This document shows, one piece after another, positions 32,414 to 43,915 of a stretch of DNA of 64,000 nt. The DNA is from Treponemataceae bacterium (GTDB lineage: Bacteria; Spirochaetota; Spirochaetia; Treponematales; Rectinemataceae): contig CAXXHO010000005.1 in assembly GCA_963667725.2 (NCBI GenBank), positions 128,001 to 192,000 on the forward strand, read 5' to 3'. Made by a program: the position numbers and the translations under genes. The notes beneath the pieces were generated by a model, which worked only from the letters and a program-made list of their open reading frames with translations, was not told where the DNA came from and made no database searches. Positions within the stretch are counted from its first letter, which is position 1; every line of letters begins with the position of its first letter.

Positions 32414-33007
32414 ATGAACCAAACCGTTCCTTTTTTTGGAGAACCTATGTGGTCCGTTCGGTCCTGCCAATTCCTAATCTGTGCATTCCTGATTCCAGGA
32501 CAAATACTGATTCAAGGGCAGGACTCCAAAAAATCGGCCCTTCAGGTCACTCCAGTTGAAGACTCCGCAACAGTGATTACTTCTAAAGGACTGAAGTCCA
32601 ACCCTGCAGTTGCTTCGGCTTCTTCTGGTTCCCAGATTATGGTGGCTCAGGGGTTTCCTGCGAATCCGGGGGGGCCTCTGGAAGGTGCTAGATATCAGGA
32701 AAAAGTGGATAAGACTGAACAACCGAATGGGACTGAAGTTTACGGATTCCTGCTACAGCCAGGCGAGCGAATCATAATATCGAAATCCGGCGACAGTCCT
32801 AGCAAGGTTGCAATGCGGATTTCTGAGCCACTCACAATGAATAAAATGACCCCACTTGTTCAACGTGCCAACAGAGCGGCTAGGCCGGTTCGCTGCAGAC
32901 GCATGGACCTTCAGAATGTCCTAAGTGAGCCTTTCCATATGATTCTCCTGCTCTACGGAGAGGTTGGGTATGCATACGAATTAAAGATCGATAGAAGTCG
33001 GAAATAG
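32414..33007 (+). CDS. Hypothetical protein, possibly exported
   Basis: 197-aa ORF in AT-richer DNA, hydrophobic N-terminus; start may be 32447. Confidence 0.55.
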   Translation: MNQTVPFFGEPMWSVRSCQFLICAFLIPGQILIQGQDSKKSALQVTPVEDSATVITSKGLKSNPAVASASSGSQIMVAQGFPANPGGPLEGARYQEKVDKTEQPNGTEVYGFLLQPGERIIISKSGDSPSKVAMRISEPLTMNKMTPLVQRANRAARPVRCRRMDLQNVLSEPFHMILLLYGEVGYAYELKIDRSRK

Positions 33008-33051
33008 TTTCTGCGAGCTTGGATTATTGGGTTCCTTGCTACTATTTGGTT

Positions 33052-34038
33052 ATGGCTATATCGGTAATCCTCATCCACACCGGCGGTACCCTCGGCATGG
33101 CCCCTTCGGGGGAGCCGACTTCGCTGGCGCCGGGGCCTTCGCTGGACCTGATTCTGGAGCAGGTGCCGGAGCTGCGGCAGTTGGCGGAGCTGAAGCTGGT
33201 GGTGGCGTTCAATCAGGACTCTTCCACCAACGAACCCGGAGACATCCTACGGCTGGCAGGGCTTATTCGTGCGGAGTCGGCGGACTGCCGGGGCGTGGTG
33301 TTGGTGCATGGCACGGACACCATGGCGTTTACCGCGTCGATGCTCGGCTTCCTGCTGGCGGATCTGGGCAAGCCGGTGGTGCTCACGGGGTCGCAGCGGC
33401 CCCTGGCCTATGTTCGCAGCGATGCTCGCAGCAACCTGGTGGACGCGGTGACGCTGGCCACCAAGGGCGTCGCCGAGGTGGGGATCTGTTTCGGGGATCA
33501 CTGGTATCGCGGGGTGGCCGCAGACAAGCTGAGCGTGCATCGCTACGAGGCCTTTGATACGCCCAACCTGCCGCCCCTGGCGGAGCTGGGGCTGCATGTG
33601 CAAGTTCATCCCCACGCGGGTTGCTTCGAGCGGCAGGTTCCAGAGAGCATCGGCGCGGCCTTCGAGACGCGCCTTGCGGTCTATTCACCCTTTCCGGGGA
33701 TGCCCTGGGCAATCCCTCCCGAGGGCACTCGGGGGGTGGTGGTGGAAGCGTACGGCGCCGGGAATCTGCCCATGGGGCAGCAGGATCTGCAGAACCTGTT
33801 TAACCATTGCCGAGAACGGCATATCCCCGTGGTGATCACCAGCCAGTGTCTGTGGGGTGGTGTGGATCTGGAAACCTACGAGCTCGGCGCCCTGGCGGCG
33901 GAAGCGGGGGCCATCGGCGGTGGCCTGCACACCCGGTGGGCGGCCCTGGCTAAGCTAGGTTTGACGCTTGGGGCTGGCGGCGGGATTCCAGAGGTGCGGC
34001 AGGCCTTCAGGTGTTCCTGGGCGGGTGAACCTGTTTAA
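33052..34038 (+). CDS. ansA: L-asparaginase, type I (cytoplasmic)
   Basis: HTGGTLGM, HGTDTM, KPVVLTGSQRPL, YGAGN, SQC. Confidence 0.87.
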   Translation: MAISVILIHTGGTLGMAPSGEPTSLAPGPSLDLILEQVPELRQLAELKLVVAFNQDSSTNEPGDILRLAGLIRAESADCRGVVLVHGTDTMAFTASMLGFLLADLGKPVVLTGSQRPLAYVRSDARSNLVDAVTLATKGVAEVGICFGDHWYRGVAADKLSVHRYEAFDTPNLPPLAELGLHVQVHPHAGCFERQVPESIGAAFETRLAVYSPFPGMPWAIPPEGTRGVVVEAYGAGNLPMGQQDLQNLFNHCRERHIPVVITSQCLWGGVDLETYELGALAAEAGAIGGGLHTRWAALAKLGLTLGAGGGIPEVRQAFRCSWAGEPV

Positions 34039-35456
<1,418 letters not shown>

Positions 35457-35457
<1 letters not shown>

Positions 35458-36104
35458 TGCCCCTGCTGGAGGTGCAGGATCTGGGGGTTCGGCGGGGCGA
35501 CCGCTGGATCCTAAGGAACCTGTCCTTCGAGGTCCAGGAGGGCCAGGCCGCGGGGGTTGTGGGTCCGAGTGGCTCCGGGAAGACAACGCTGGCCTGGACT
35601 CTTCTGGGGCTCCTGGAGGCGGAGGAAGGCGAGGTACGCCTGGATGGCTTGCCGTGGTCGGCCCTGGTCGAAGGGGATCGCAGGCCTCGCCGGGCCGAAA
35701 TCCAGGCGGTCTTCCAGGAGCCCCTGGCCTCGCTGCCACCCCACCGGACAGGCTGGGAGATCCTGGAAGAGCCGCTGGTGATCCACGGGCGGGGATCTGC
35801 GCCGCAGCGCCGGGAGCAGGCTGCGGCCATGGCCGCGCGGGTGAAATTCCCGGAAGCCTGCCTGGATCAATGCCCCGGCCAATGGTCCGGTGGCTTGGCC
35901 CAGCGCCTCTCGGTGGCCCGGGCGCTCATGTCGAAGCCCAGGCTGCTGGTGCTCGATGAGCCCCTTTCGGCCCTGGATCCCACCTTGGCGGGCCATCTCC
36001 TTCAGCTTTTCCTGGAGCTGAAAGCCGAGGGCCTCGCGCTGATCTTCATCAGCCACGATCCGCATGCCGTGGCGAGGCTTTGCGATTGCACGCTGGATCT
36101 ATGA
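35457..36104 (+). CDS. ABC transporter ATP-binding protein (oligopeptide/nickel type)
   Basis: GPSGSGKT, VFQEP, SGGLAQR, LVLDEP, ISHD; TGATG coupling to serS. Confidence 0.85.
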
Positions 36105-36116
36105 GTGCAGAGAAAA

Positions 36117-36152
36117 GAAACAAGGGCCGCCCTTCTGGACGGCCCTTGTTTC
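36117..36152. terminator. Bidirectional terminator between convergent genes
   Basis: 13-bp stem GAAACAAGGGCCG / CGGCCCTTGTTTC. Confidence 0.75.
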
Positions 36153-36165
36153 AGGCTTCGGAACA

Positions 36166-38082
36166 TTAGAACTCGGCGGCTTCGCCCTTCGCCTTGGTTT
36201 CGGTGTTGATCCAGATGCCCCCGAAGCGGCCCCAGAGAGAACTGAAGCCTGGGCGCAGACGACCCTTGGCATCGAGATCCTGAAGCTCGGAGACGAGCAG
36301 CTTTTCGCTCGCTGCGCGCTGCAGTTCGCGCACCAAGGTCTGGCGCTTTTCAAAGGTGAGAGGGTCGGCGGCCACGCGACCCTTGATGCGAGCCACCCAG
36401 AGTTGGCCCTCGGGGTTCCAGAGGATGGGGGTGAGCTTGCCTTCGGGAGTATCGAGCAGCGCCTTGCGGATGCCCGGGTGCTGGCCCAGTTCTCCGAGAC
36501 TGGTGAGGGTGGTGTTCTCGTGGTTCTTGGGCTCACCCAACACCTTGAGATCGCCGGAGGAAAGAGCCGTCTTGGCCTTTTCCAGGGCCGCCTTGCGGGC
36601 CTCCTCCAGCTTCCAGGCGATCAACACGCGCTCACGGATCTCGGCCAGGGGGGGCACGGCAACGGGGCGCTCTTCCTGCACACGGAAGACAGTGAAGCTG
36701 GCGCCCGTCGGAAGGAGTTTGGAGACCTGGCCGACTTTCAGGGTGAAGGCCTCGTTCACAACGGGACCTGCATCCGGAAGGCCGGAAAGGGTGGCAGCGG
36801 GCTCGTTGAGGAAGGGCTGACTGGTCTGTACCTTGAGGCCGAGGTTGCGGGCCGCCGCGGCGAGATCACCCCGTTCTCCGGCGCGTTTGCGAAGCTGCTC
36901 CAGACGCTCCTTGGCCTTGTTCGCGTAGCGCTCGCGGGTGAGCTGGGCGCGCAGTTCCTCCCGGGCGTCCTCGAAGCTGCGGGTGCGCTTGCCTTCGAGC
37001 CGGAGGAGGTGGATGCCGTACTGGGTGCGGATGGGCTGACTGATCTCGCCGGGTTTGAGGGCCATTGCACCCTCTTCGAAGGGCTTGACCATGGTGCCGG
37101 ACTTGAACCAGTCGTACAGGCCCCGGTTGGCCTTGGCCGTGGGATCCTCGCTGCGTTCTTCCGCGATCTTGTTGAAGTCCTGACCGGCGAGCAACTGGGG
37201 ACGAAGTTCCTCGGCCTTCTTCAGGGCCTCGGCAAACTGGGCCTCGTTCTCGGCCTTGAAGAGGATGTGGCTGACCTTCAGCTCTGTATATTGGGCGAAC
37301 TTGGAGTCGTAGGCCGTCTTCAGCGTGGCATCGTCGACCTTGAGGGTGTCGCCGAAGAAGGCTTGATCCAGGGAGACGAACTGGATCACGCGGCGGGGGG
37401 GCACCTGGAAGCGGGCGCCGCCCTCCTTGAGGAAGGTGGCGAGCCTGGCATCGCCGGGATCCGGAACGGTCCCAGGGTCAGGGCTCACACTCACCGCCTC
37501 GAAGCTCAGCTTTTCGTTCTGAACCCGGTTTTCCAGGTTCAGCCAAGCCTCGTCCACGGGCACCTTGGCGGCTTCCTGGTCCAGGAGCTTGCGAATGGTG
37601 AGCTCGGCGCGGACTTCCTGCTCCCATTGCGCCAGGCTCTGTCCTGCCTGCTGGAGGATGGCACGAATCTCGGTCGTATTCTGCAGCTGCCCTTCGGGGG
37701 TCAGGAAGGCGGGGTATTTGCGAAGCCTTGCTTCCAGGGCCTGGCGCACTTCGGGGTCGGTGATGAGGATCCCGTGACGCTCCGCCAGCTCTTCGCGGAG
37801 CTTCTGCCCCACGAGCTCGCTGACGGCACGCTGCTGGATGAAGGGGAGCATCTGCTCCACGTTGGCCTGGCGTCCCATGCGGGTCACCATCTCGGAGATG
37901 AGCTGGTCCGCGTCACGCTTCAGCACATCCCGGCCGTACACCCGGGCCAGAACATTGTCCGGGGCTTCGGGGTTGCCGGAACTGGGGGCAAGGTAGGCGA
38001 CGAGCCCAACGAGCACCACCCCCATCACAACGGTCATGGGCATCTGGTTGCCCTTGAAGACTTGGCGGAAATTGCGAAGCAT
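36166..38082 (-). CDS. ppiD: PpiD/SurA-family membrane-anchored peptidyl-prolyl isomerase
   Basis: N-terminal TM, SurA-N region, parvulin motifs SHILF, SED, MVKPFE, TQYGIHL. Confidence 0.85.
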   Translation of the reverse strand: MLRNFRQVFKGNQMPMTVVMGVVLVGLVAYLAPSSGNPEAPDNVLARVYGRDVLKRDADQLISEMVTRMGRQANVEQMLPFIQQRAVSELVGQKLREELAERHGILITDPEVRQALEARLRKYPAFLTPEGQLQNTTEIRAILQQAGQSLAQWEQEVRAELTIRKLLDQEAAKVPVDEAWLNLENRVQNEKLSFEAVSVSPDPGTVPDPGDARLATFLKEGGARFQVPPRRVIQFVSLDQAFFGDTLKVDDATLKTAYDSKFAQYTELKVSHILFKAENEAQFAEALKKAEELRPQLLAGQDFNKIAEERSEDPTAKANRGLYDWFKSGTMVKPFEEGAMALKPGEISQPIRTQYGIHLLRLEGKRTRSFEDAREELRAQLTRERYANKAKERLEQLRKRAGERGDLAAAARNLGLKVQTSQPFLNEPAATLSGLPDAGPVVNEAFTLKVGQVSKLLPTGASFTVFRVQEERPVAVPPLAEIRERVLIAWKLEEARKAALEKAKTALSSGDLKVLGEPKNHENTTLTSLGELGQHPGIRKALLDTPEGKLTPILWNPEGQLWVARIKGRVAADPLTFEKRQTLVRELQRAASEKLLVSELQDLDAKGRLRPGFSSLWGRFGGIWINTETKAKGEAAEF

Positions 38083-38197
38083 GAAGACTCCCGAATGCGA
38101 GGCCAACGTGATCCCTGGGCGGACGCCGACAGGGACCCGAACCTCCTAGCGTATCAAAGGAACGCCCTCTGGAATAAACTTGAAGCCAGGAGAACGC

Positions 38198-38704
38198 ATG
38201 GCCGTCCGACCCGTCATCACCTGGGGGGATCCCCGACTCAAGATCAACAGCGCCGATATTGGCGAATGGACCCCCGAGCTGGATGTCCTGGTCCAGGATC
38301 TGTTTGATAGCACCCTGGCCGAGGAAGGCCTGGGCATGGCCGCACCCCAGGTGGGCGTCAATCTCAATCTGGCGGTGATCGATGTCTCCTGCGGCCAGGA
38401 TCCGGCCCAAAAGCTGGTGCTCATCAACCCCGAGATCGTGCGGGCAGAGGGCTCCCAGATTGGCAGCGAAGGCTGTCTCTCCATCCCGGGCGTCCACGAG
38501 ATCCTGGAACGGCCGCAGCATGTGTGGGTGAAGACCCGTCGCCCCGATGGCACCTGGTACGAGATCGAGGGCGAGGATCTGCTGGCCCGGGCCTTCTGTC
38601 ACGAGATCGATCATCTGCGGGGGCGCCTCTTTGTGGAGTATTTCGGCCCGGTGAAGCGGCAGGTCATTCAGCGCAAGTACCAGAAGCTCCGTTCGGGGCG
38701 CTAG
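38198..38704 (+). CDS. def: Peptide deformylase
   Basis: GLGMAAPQVG, EGCLS, HEIDHL. Confidence 0.95.
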   Translation: MAVRPVITWGDPRLKINSADIGEWTPELDVLVQDLFDSTLAEEGLGMAAPQVGVNLNLAVIDVSCGQDPAQKLVLINPEIVRAEGSQIGSEGCLSIPGVHEILERPQHVWVKTRRPDGTWYEIEGEDLLARAFCHEIDHLRGRLFVEYFGPVKRQVIQRKYQKLRSGR

Positions 38705-38705
38705 G

Positions 38706-39629
38706 GTGGTCCGCACCGCCTTTCTGGGCACACCCGCAGTGGCGGTTCCAACGCTCTCGGCACTGGCCGAGGCCCAACCTGTTCAGGCCGTGTTCTGCAA
38801 TCCGGATCGACCCCAGGGCCGAGGTCGTCACCTGGAGGCCCCACCGGTGAAGGCGGCAGCCCGGGCCCTGGGGCTTTCCGTCCATCAGCCCGAGAGCTGG
38901 AAGCTCCCGGAGACTCGGAGTATCTGGGAAGCAATGGAGATCGAGCTGGCCGTTGTGGTGGCCTATGGCCACATCCTGCCCCGGTGGATGCTGGATTCCT
39001 GCCCACTGGGGGTCTGGAACCTGCATTTCTCGCTGCTGCCGCGGTGGCGGGGCGCCTCGCCCGTCAATCACGCGATTCTCATGGGCGACCAGGAAACCGG
39101 CGTGAGCCTCATGCGCATCACCCCGGGTCTCGATGCGGGGCCGGTGTTGGCCGTGAGTCGGAGGCCCATCCTGCAGTCGGATACAGCGGAGGAGTTGTTG
39201 GCGCGGCTGGCTGAGGATGCGGCGAAGCTGCTGGCGAGTGAGCTGCCGGGCCTGCGGGCAGGGACGGTCATGCCCCACGCCCAGGACGATGACTTGGTCA
39301 CCCTGGCGCCCAAGCTCGGCCGAGAGATGGCGCGGCTGGATTTCACCCGGTCTGCTCTGGAACTCCACCGGCAGGTGCGAGCGCTTCAGCCCTGGCCAGG
39401 AGTGGAATTCTCCCTGGCGGATTCCGTGGTCAAGGTGAGCGCCGTGGGGGGCCTGCGCCCAGCTTCGGACCCGCCCGGTACCTTGCGCTGGGATCGCGAT
39501 GGAGCCTGGCTGGCCGCTGGGGATGGTCAGGCGATGGAGCTGACATACCTGCAGCGCCCGGGCAAACCCATTCAGCCTGCCCTTCAGGCCCTCCAGCCTT
39601 GGGGGCCTCAGGGCCGCTTTGTCGGGTAA
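38706..39629 (+). CDS. fmt: Methionyl-tRNA formyltransferase
   Basis: FLGTP, PDRPQGRG, HFSLLPRWRGASP, LDAGP; follows def. Confidence 0.94.
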   Translation: MVRTAFLGTPAVAVPTLSALAEAQPVQAVFCNPDRPQGRGRHLEAPPVKAAARALGLSVHQPESWKLPETRSIWEAMEIELAVVVAYGHILPRWMLDSCPLGVWNLHFSLLPRWRGASPVNHAILMGDQETGVSLMRITPGLDAGPVLAVSRRPILQSDTAEELLARLAEDAAKLLASELPGLRAGTVMPHAQDDDLVTLAPKLGREMARLDFTRSALELHRQVRALQPWPGVEFSLADSVVKVSAVGGLRPASDPPGTLRWDRDGAWLAAGDGQAMELTYLQRPGKPIQPALQALQPWGPQGRFVG

Positions 39630-39703
39630 GCTGGCCTCATCCGATCCTCACCCTTGGTGTCGGGAAGGTTGTTTATGACTGTCGACTCGGCTCTGGTCCT
39701 TCC

Positions 39704-41158
39704 ATGACCGCGGCGCGCTGGATTACACGGCGGCCCCGTTGGCATGTCGCCGTCATCCCTGCGGTTCTGCTCCTGATGATCGGGCTCGGCCTCTGGCTGT
39801 TTTCGGGATCCCCCCGGATTCTTGGGCGCGGCAAGTGCGTGGTGGTGGTCTTGGACACCCGGAATGCCTTCGACGCGCGAACTGGGCAGGGGCTGCTGGG
39901 AGTTCTGGAAGAGGCGTTTGACTATGCCGGGAACACACCGCTGTTCCAGGCGCCCGTGGGATGGGCTTGGAAGCCAGAAGCCGGTCCATTCCTTGAAGTC
40001 GAACTGGGGCCCCGGAGGCAGGGCACCTCCCTCGCATTCACGGGGCGCTGGCGTCAGGTCCAGCAGGGCCACCCCTTCGATTGGAGGCCTATCGACATGG
40101 CTCTACGGCCACCGAGGGAGGCCATTCGGGAACTGGGGAAAATTCTTGATGTGCCCCTTTCGGACACCAGGCTGGATGCTGCGATTCCAGGTGAAGCCGC
40201 CCTCTTCTGGGATGGCGTTCGCATCGACCAGATGCCCGTCGAGGAGGCCCGGCGCCTCATCGGTTCCTGGGAGGGGAAGATGGAGCCGGGCTCCCTTCTC
40301 GAGGTTCGCCACGCTGCGGCCCTTCGGGGGGCGCTGTGGGATCTTCCCCTGGAGGGGCGACGCCTCTGGGGGGAGGCCAGGGCCTTGAGCGATCGTGGCC
40401 TGCAGCGCACCTCCGAGTCACCGGCTGCGATGAAGGAATGGGCTCACCATGCGGTCCACGCCGGTGAAGGGAGAAGCGCCCTGAATCGGTTGCTCAAAGC
40501 GCTCAAAGAGAATCCCCACTCGCCCACCCTGGCCTACATGACCTCTTACGCAGCGCGCTATGCCGGTCGCCTGGATATTGCCATCGCAGCTCTGGATCGC
40601 ATGGAAGCGCTGGACCCCAGGGGCCGCGCCCATAGGCCGAACCAGACCGCCCGTCTGTACTCCGGCGATCTGAAGGGATATGCAGAGAGCCTCGTGGCGA
40701 ACCCAGGGGCCTACTGGCAGGCCTATACCGAGGTCCAGAGGGGGCGCCTCGCCCTGATGAATGGAGATCGAGAGAAGGCCCAGGGGCATTTCCTGGGTGG
40801 GACATCGGCTCCTGGTTCGCATCAAGCCGGCCATCGGTTGGCAGAAGGTTTTCTGGCCGCGATGGAAGGGCGGAACGAAGAGGCGATCCGGGTGTTCCAG
40901 GAACTGGATCGACACCGGGGGGAGCGAGGCCTGTTCGATGGAGAGCTGGCCCTCTTTCTCGCCGAAGGAGCCGTGCTTGCCGGGGATCATCAGGCGGGGC
41001 AGGCATACCTCGAGCGGGCCTACACGGAGGGCTTCAGCTGCTCTGAATGGCTGCGGAGGGACCCTCTGCTCCTGCCCCTGCAAGGAACGCTCCGGTGGAA
41101 GGCGCTGATCTTCCGGGTCCAGGAGCGTGAAGGCCGCGTGCAAGGCCTTGCGCTCTGA
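39704..41158 (+). CDS. Membrane-anchored TPR-repeat protein
   Basis: N-terminal TM, helical repeats, C-terminal RAYTEGF..WLRRDPLL. Confidence 0.6.
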   Translation: MTAARWITRRPRWHVAVIPAVLLLMIGLGLWLFSGSPRILGRGKCVVVVLDTRNAFDARTGQGLLGVLEEAFDYAGNTPLFQAPVGWAWKPEAGPFLEVELGPRRQGTSLAFTGRWRQVQQGHPFDWRPIDMALRPPREAIRELGKILDVPLSDTRLDAAIPGEAALFWDGVRIDQMPVEEARRLIGSWEGKMEPGSLLEVRHAAALRGALWDLPLEGRRLWGEARALSDRGLQRTSESPAAMKEWAHHAVHAGEGRSALNRLLKALKENPHSPTLAYMTSYAARYAGRLDIAIAALDRMEALDPRGRAHRPNQTARLYSGDLKGYAESLVANPGAYWQAYTEVQRGRLALMNGDREKAQGHFLGGTSAPGSHQAGHRLAEGFLAAMEGRNEEAIRVFQELDRHRGERGLFDGELALFLAEGAVLAGDHQAGQAYLERAYTEGFSCSEWLRRDPLLLPLQGTLRWKALIFRVQEREGRVQGLAL

Positions 41159-41185
41159 TCGCGGGCTGGGTTTGGCGGGTGCTGC

Positions 41186-43879
41186 TCAGGCCAATTTCTG
41201 GGCCACTTCCCGGTACTCGGGGTCCATGTCGTAGACGGTCTGGAAGTTGCTCTGGGCCTCGTCCTGGCGACCGAGCTGCGTGAGCATTTCGCCCAGATCG
41301 TAGCGCAGGCCGATGGAGTCTTCGGGAGGGAAGCCGGGGGCGTCGATGCCCTGGTGGAGCCAATCCACGGCGGCTTCGAGATTGCCCTGAGCTTGCTCAC
41401 AGATGGCCAGCATCGAGCAGCATTCCAGGGTGCGCTCGGGATCACGCATGGCCTTCTTGAACTCCTCGATGGCGGGGTCGATGAGCATCATCTCCTTGTA
41501 GGCGATGCCCAGGTTGTAGTGGGTCTCGTAGTCGTCGACCTTCACCTGCTGTTCAACGCCTTCGCGGAAGGCATTGAACAGCTCGTCCACGCTGTGGATC
41601 TTCTCCACCACATTGGTGGCATCGTGCATTTCCTCACCTTCGCCGGGTTCCAGCAGCGAATCGCCGAGCACATCGGTGAGGTCGAAGAAGGAATGGGCGA
41701 AGTCGGCGTCATCATCCAGGCTGGCGGGGGCGGCTTCGTGGCCCAGGCGGTGCAGGGCCTCTTCGACCCGATCCATCCGGGACAGCAACTCGGGCTGGTT
41801 GGGCCAGTCCTTGAGGGCATTCTGGATCTCGATCTTGGCATCGTCCGGGCTGCCGTAGTCCAACTGGAAGTCGATATCCGAAAGGATGGAGACCAGGTCG
41901 TCGCTGATCTCCACAGGCCTGGCGGGTACCGGAGCAGGGCTTGGCTTGGGCATCGGCGACTGGGGCGGCGCCACGGGCACCTTGCCCTGGGCGAAGGGCA
42001 GGGGTTCCAGCTCCAGGGGCTCGATCTCCGGTGGAATTTCGGATTCGACGGGGAGGGTCTCCTCCTCTTCCGGCGGCATCCATTGCAGATCACTGGCATT
42101 GAGAATGTCTGGCTCGGGGGCCTGCCCGGGGGTGCCCAGGGCAATGAGGGGAATACTCGCCGGTGCCTCGGGGGCAGGGGCTGCGGGAGACGGATAGCCT
42201 TCGCGGGCATCGTCGAGGGCAATGAGCACATCCAGGTCATCCGCAGGAGGAGGTGGAGGCGCGGTGGGCACTGCGATGGGAACGGAAACCGGGGCGGCGG
42301 GCCTGGCCAGGGGCGGAGGAGGGGCCACCGGGTCGGTGAGGCCGAGCATGCGGCGGTGGAGACGGGTTGAGCCTGGGAAGAGTTCCTCGGCCTTGTCCAG
42401 CATCTCCAGGGCCAGGTGGCGCTGGCCTATGGGCGCCAGTTTCTCGGCCATCTTGACGTAGTGCTGTTGCACCTTGGTCATGACGCCCGAGGCCTTGTAG
42501 ATCTCGGCGATGCGGTTGATGGCGTCCAGATTGGCGGGGTCGAGCTCCAGGATCTTCTGGTAGGCGTCCTGGGCCCGATCGTTGAAACGGCTGCGGATGT
42601 AGCTCTCGGCTTCGCGCTGCAGCTGTTGGATCTGCATCCGCTTGATGGGGTCGACTTCCGTGGATTCGTAGGAGGGCAGACTCTGGCGAGGCGAACCCGG
42701 CATGTCCCGGAAGGGTTCGGGAATGGCTGGCAGCGGGGGGGCCTCGATCTCGCTGGCCTCTACTCCGAGGCCTCGGAGTTGCTCCTCCAGGTTGCGGACG
42801 AGGGCACCATCGTTGGAGGCCTTGGCAAGGGCATGGGCTTGGCTGAGGGCATCGATGCGCCCCTGGCGATCACCACTCTGGTGGGCCACATCCGCCAATT
42901 GCACCCAGGCTTCAAGGGGTACGGGTTGCCCCTGGAAGGCGCTGTGGATGGTGCGAGCAGCCTGCTCGCCCATGCCCCGCCGGGCAAACTCCAGGCCGAT
43001 GGGCTTGAAGAGGCGCAGTCCCTCGTCCACGGCGTTGGTGCGGATCATGTCGCGCAGGGCCCGCTCGCAGAGCACTGTGGCCTTTTCCGGCAACTGGGGG
43101 ATCTTGGCCAGCACCTCCAGGGCCCGCTCCGGCGCCTTGGCCTGCAGTTCGACCTCGGCGAGGGCCTCTAGGATTTCGGAGCTGCGGGGGTTGGCGGCCA
43201 GGCCTTCGCGCAGGTGCTCGGCGGCGCCGTTCAGGTCCTTCTGCACGATGCAGAGCCTGGACTGGGTCAGGAAGACCTTGGGCGAAGTGGTCATGGCTTT
43301 GGCCCGGTCCAGCACCTGAATGGCCTCGGCGGGCATTTGCTCGAAGGCCAGGGCCTCGGCCACATCCAGATAGATCTCGGCGGCGCGCTCCTTCATGCCC
43401 TCTTTGTTGTAGAGGTCGGCGAGCTTGACCTTGTTCTTCAGATTCTTGGGGTCGAGTTCGACGACCTTGGCGAACTCCTCAAGGGCGCGCTTGAGGAGGC
43501 CCTTCTTGGTGAAGTAGTCGGCCACCTCGATGTGAATCTGGATGGCTTCCTTGACCATGTTGGTGGCCCGGTAGGTCTCCGCCAGTCGCGCGGCCACATC
43601 CACATCCTCGGGAGCTGTGCGATGGGCCTTCTTGAAGACGGCGGCCGCCTTGTTGGTGAAGCCGCTGCGCTCGAAGCCCTGACCCGCCCGCTTGAACATG
43701 TCGAGGGCATCGGCCTGTCTGCCGATCTGCAGTGAGGCGTCCCCGATGCGGTTCATCAGGTTGAAGTCGTCGGGCTTGTCTTCCAGGAGCTTCCGGAGCT
43801 CGTCGATGGCCCGGTCAACCTTTCCGCTGGCCATGTAGGTTTCGGCCTGCTTCTGGACTTTTGCGCGGTCAATGGCCAT
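41186..43879 (-). CDS. SgmX-like TPR protein
   Basis: Many N-terminal TPRs, Pro/acidic linker, C-terminal TPR block FREGVEQQV..ETHYNLGIAYKEM..LRYDLG..YREV. Confidence 0.75.
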   Translation of the reverse strand: MAIDRAKVQKQAETYMASGKVDRAIDELRKLLEDKPDDFNLMNRIGDASLQIGRQADALDMFKRAGQGFERSGFTNKAAAVFKKAHRTAPEDVDVAARLAETYRATNMVKEAIQIHIEVADYFTKKGLLKRALEEFAKVVELDPKNLKNKVKLADLYNKEGMKERAAEIYLDVAEALAFEQMPAEAIQVLDRAKAMTTSPKVFLTQSRLCIVQKDLNGAAEHLREGLAANPRSSEILEALAEVELQAKAPERALEVLAKIPQLPEKATVLCERALRDMIRTNAVDEGLRLFKPIGLEFARRGMGEQAARTIHSAFQGQPVPLEAWVQLADVAHQSGDRQGRIDALSQAHALAKASNDGALVRNLEEQLRGLGVEASEIEAPPLPAIPEPFRDMPGSPRQSLPSYESTEVDPIKRMQIQQLQREAESYIRSRFNDRAQDAYQKILELDPANLDAINRIAEIYKASGVMTKVQQHYVKMAEKLAPIGQRHLALEMLDKAEELFPGSTRLHRRMLGLTDPVAPPPPLARPAAPVSVPIAVPTAPPPPPADDLDVLIALDDAREGYPSPAAPAPEAPASIPLIALGTPGQAPEPDILNASDLQWMPPEEEETLPVESEIPPEIEPLELEPLPFAQGKVPVAPPQSPMPKPSPAPVPARPVEISDDLVSILSDIDFQLDYGSPDDAKIEIQNALKDWPNQPELLSRMDRVEEALHRLGHEAAPASLDDDADFAHSFFDLTDVLGDSLLEPGEGEEMHDATNVVEKIHSVDELFNAFREGVEQQVKVDDYETHYNLGIAYKEMMLIDPAIEEFKKAMRDPERTLECCSMLAICEQAQGNLEAAVDWLHQGIDAPGFPPEDSIGLRYDLGEMLTQLGRQDEAQSNFQTVYDMDPEYREVAQKLA

Positions 43880-43915
43880 CGGAGCTCGTCTCGGAGAATC
43901 GGATCAGGGAATCAT

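Noticed and set aside
36064..38307. 747-aa plus-strand ORF, and similar long antisense ORFs such as 51513-53540, 14439-16403 and 56277-57974
   Set aside because: Antisense shadows of well-supported genes in high-GC DNA, with no motifs of their own
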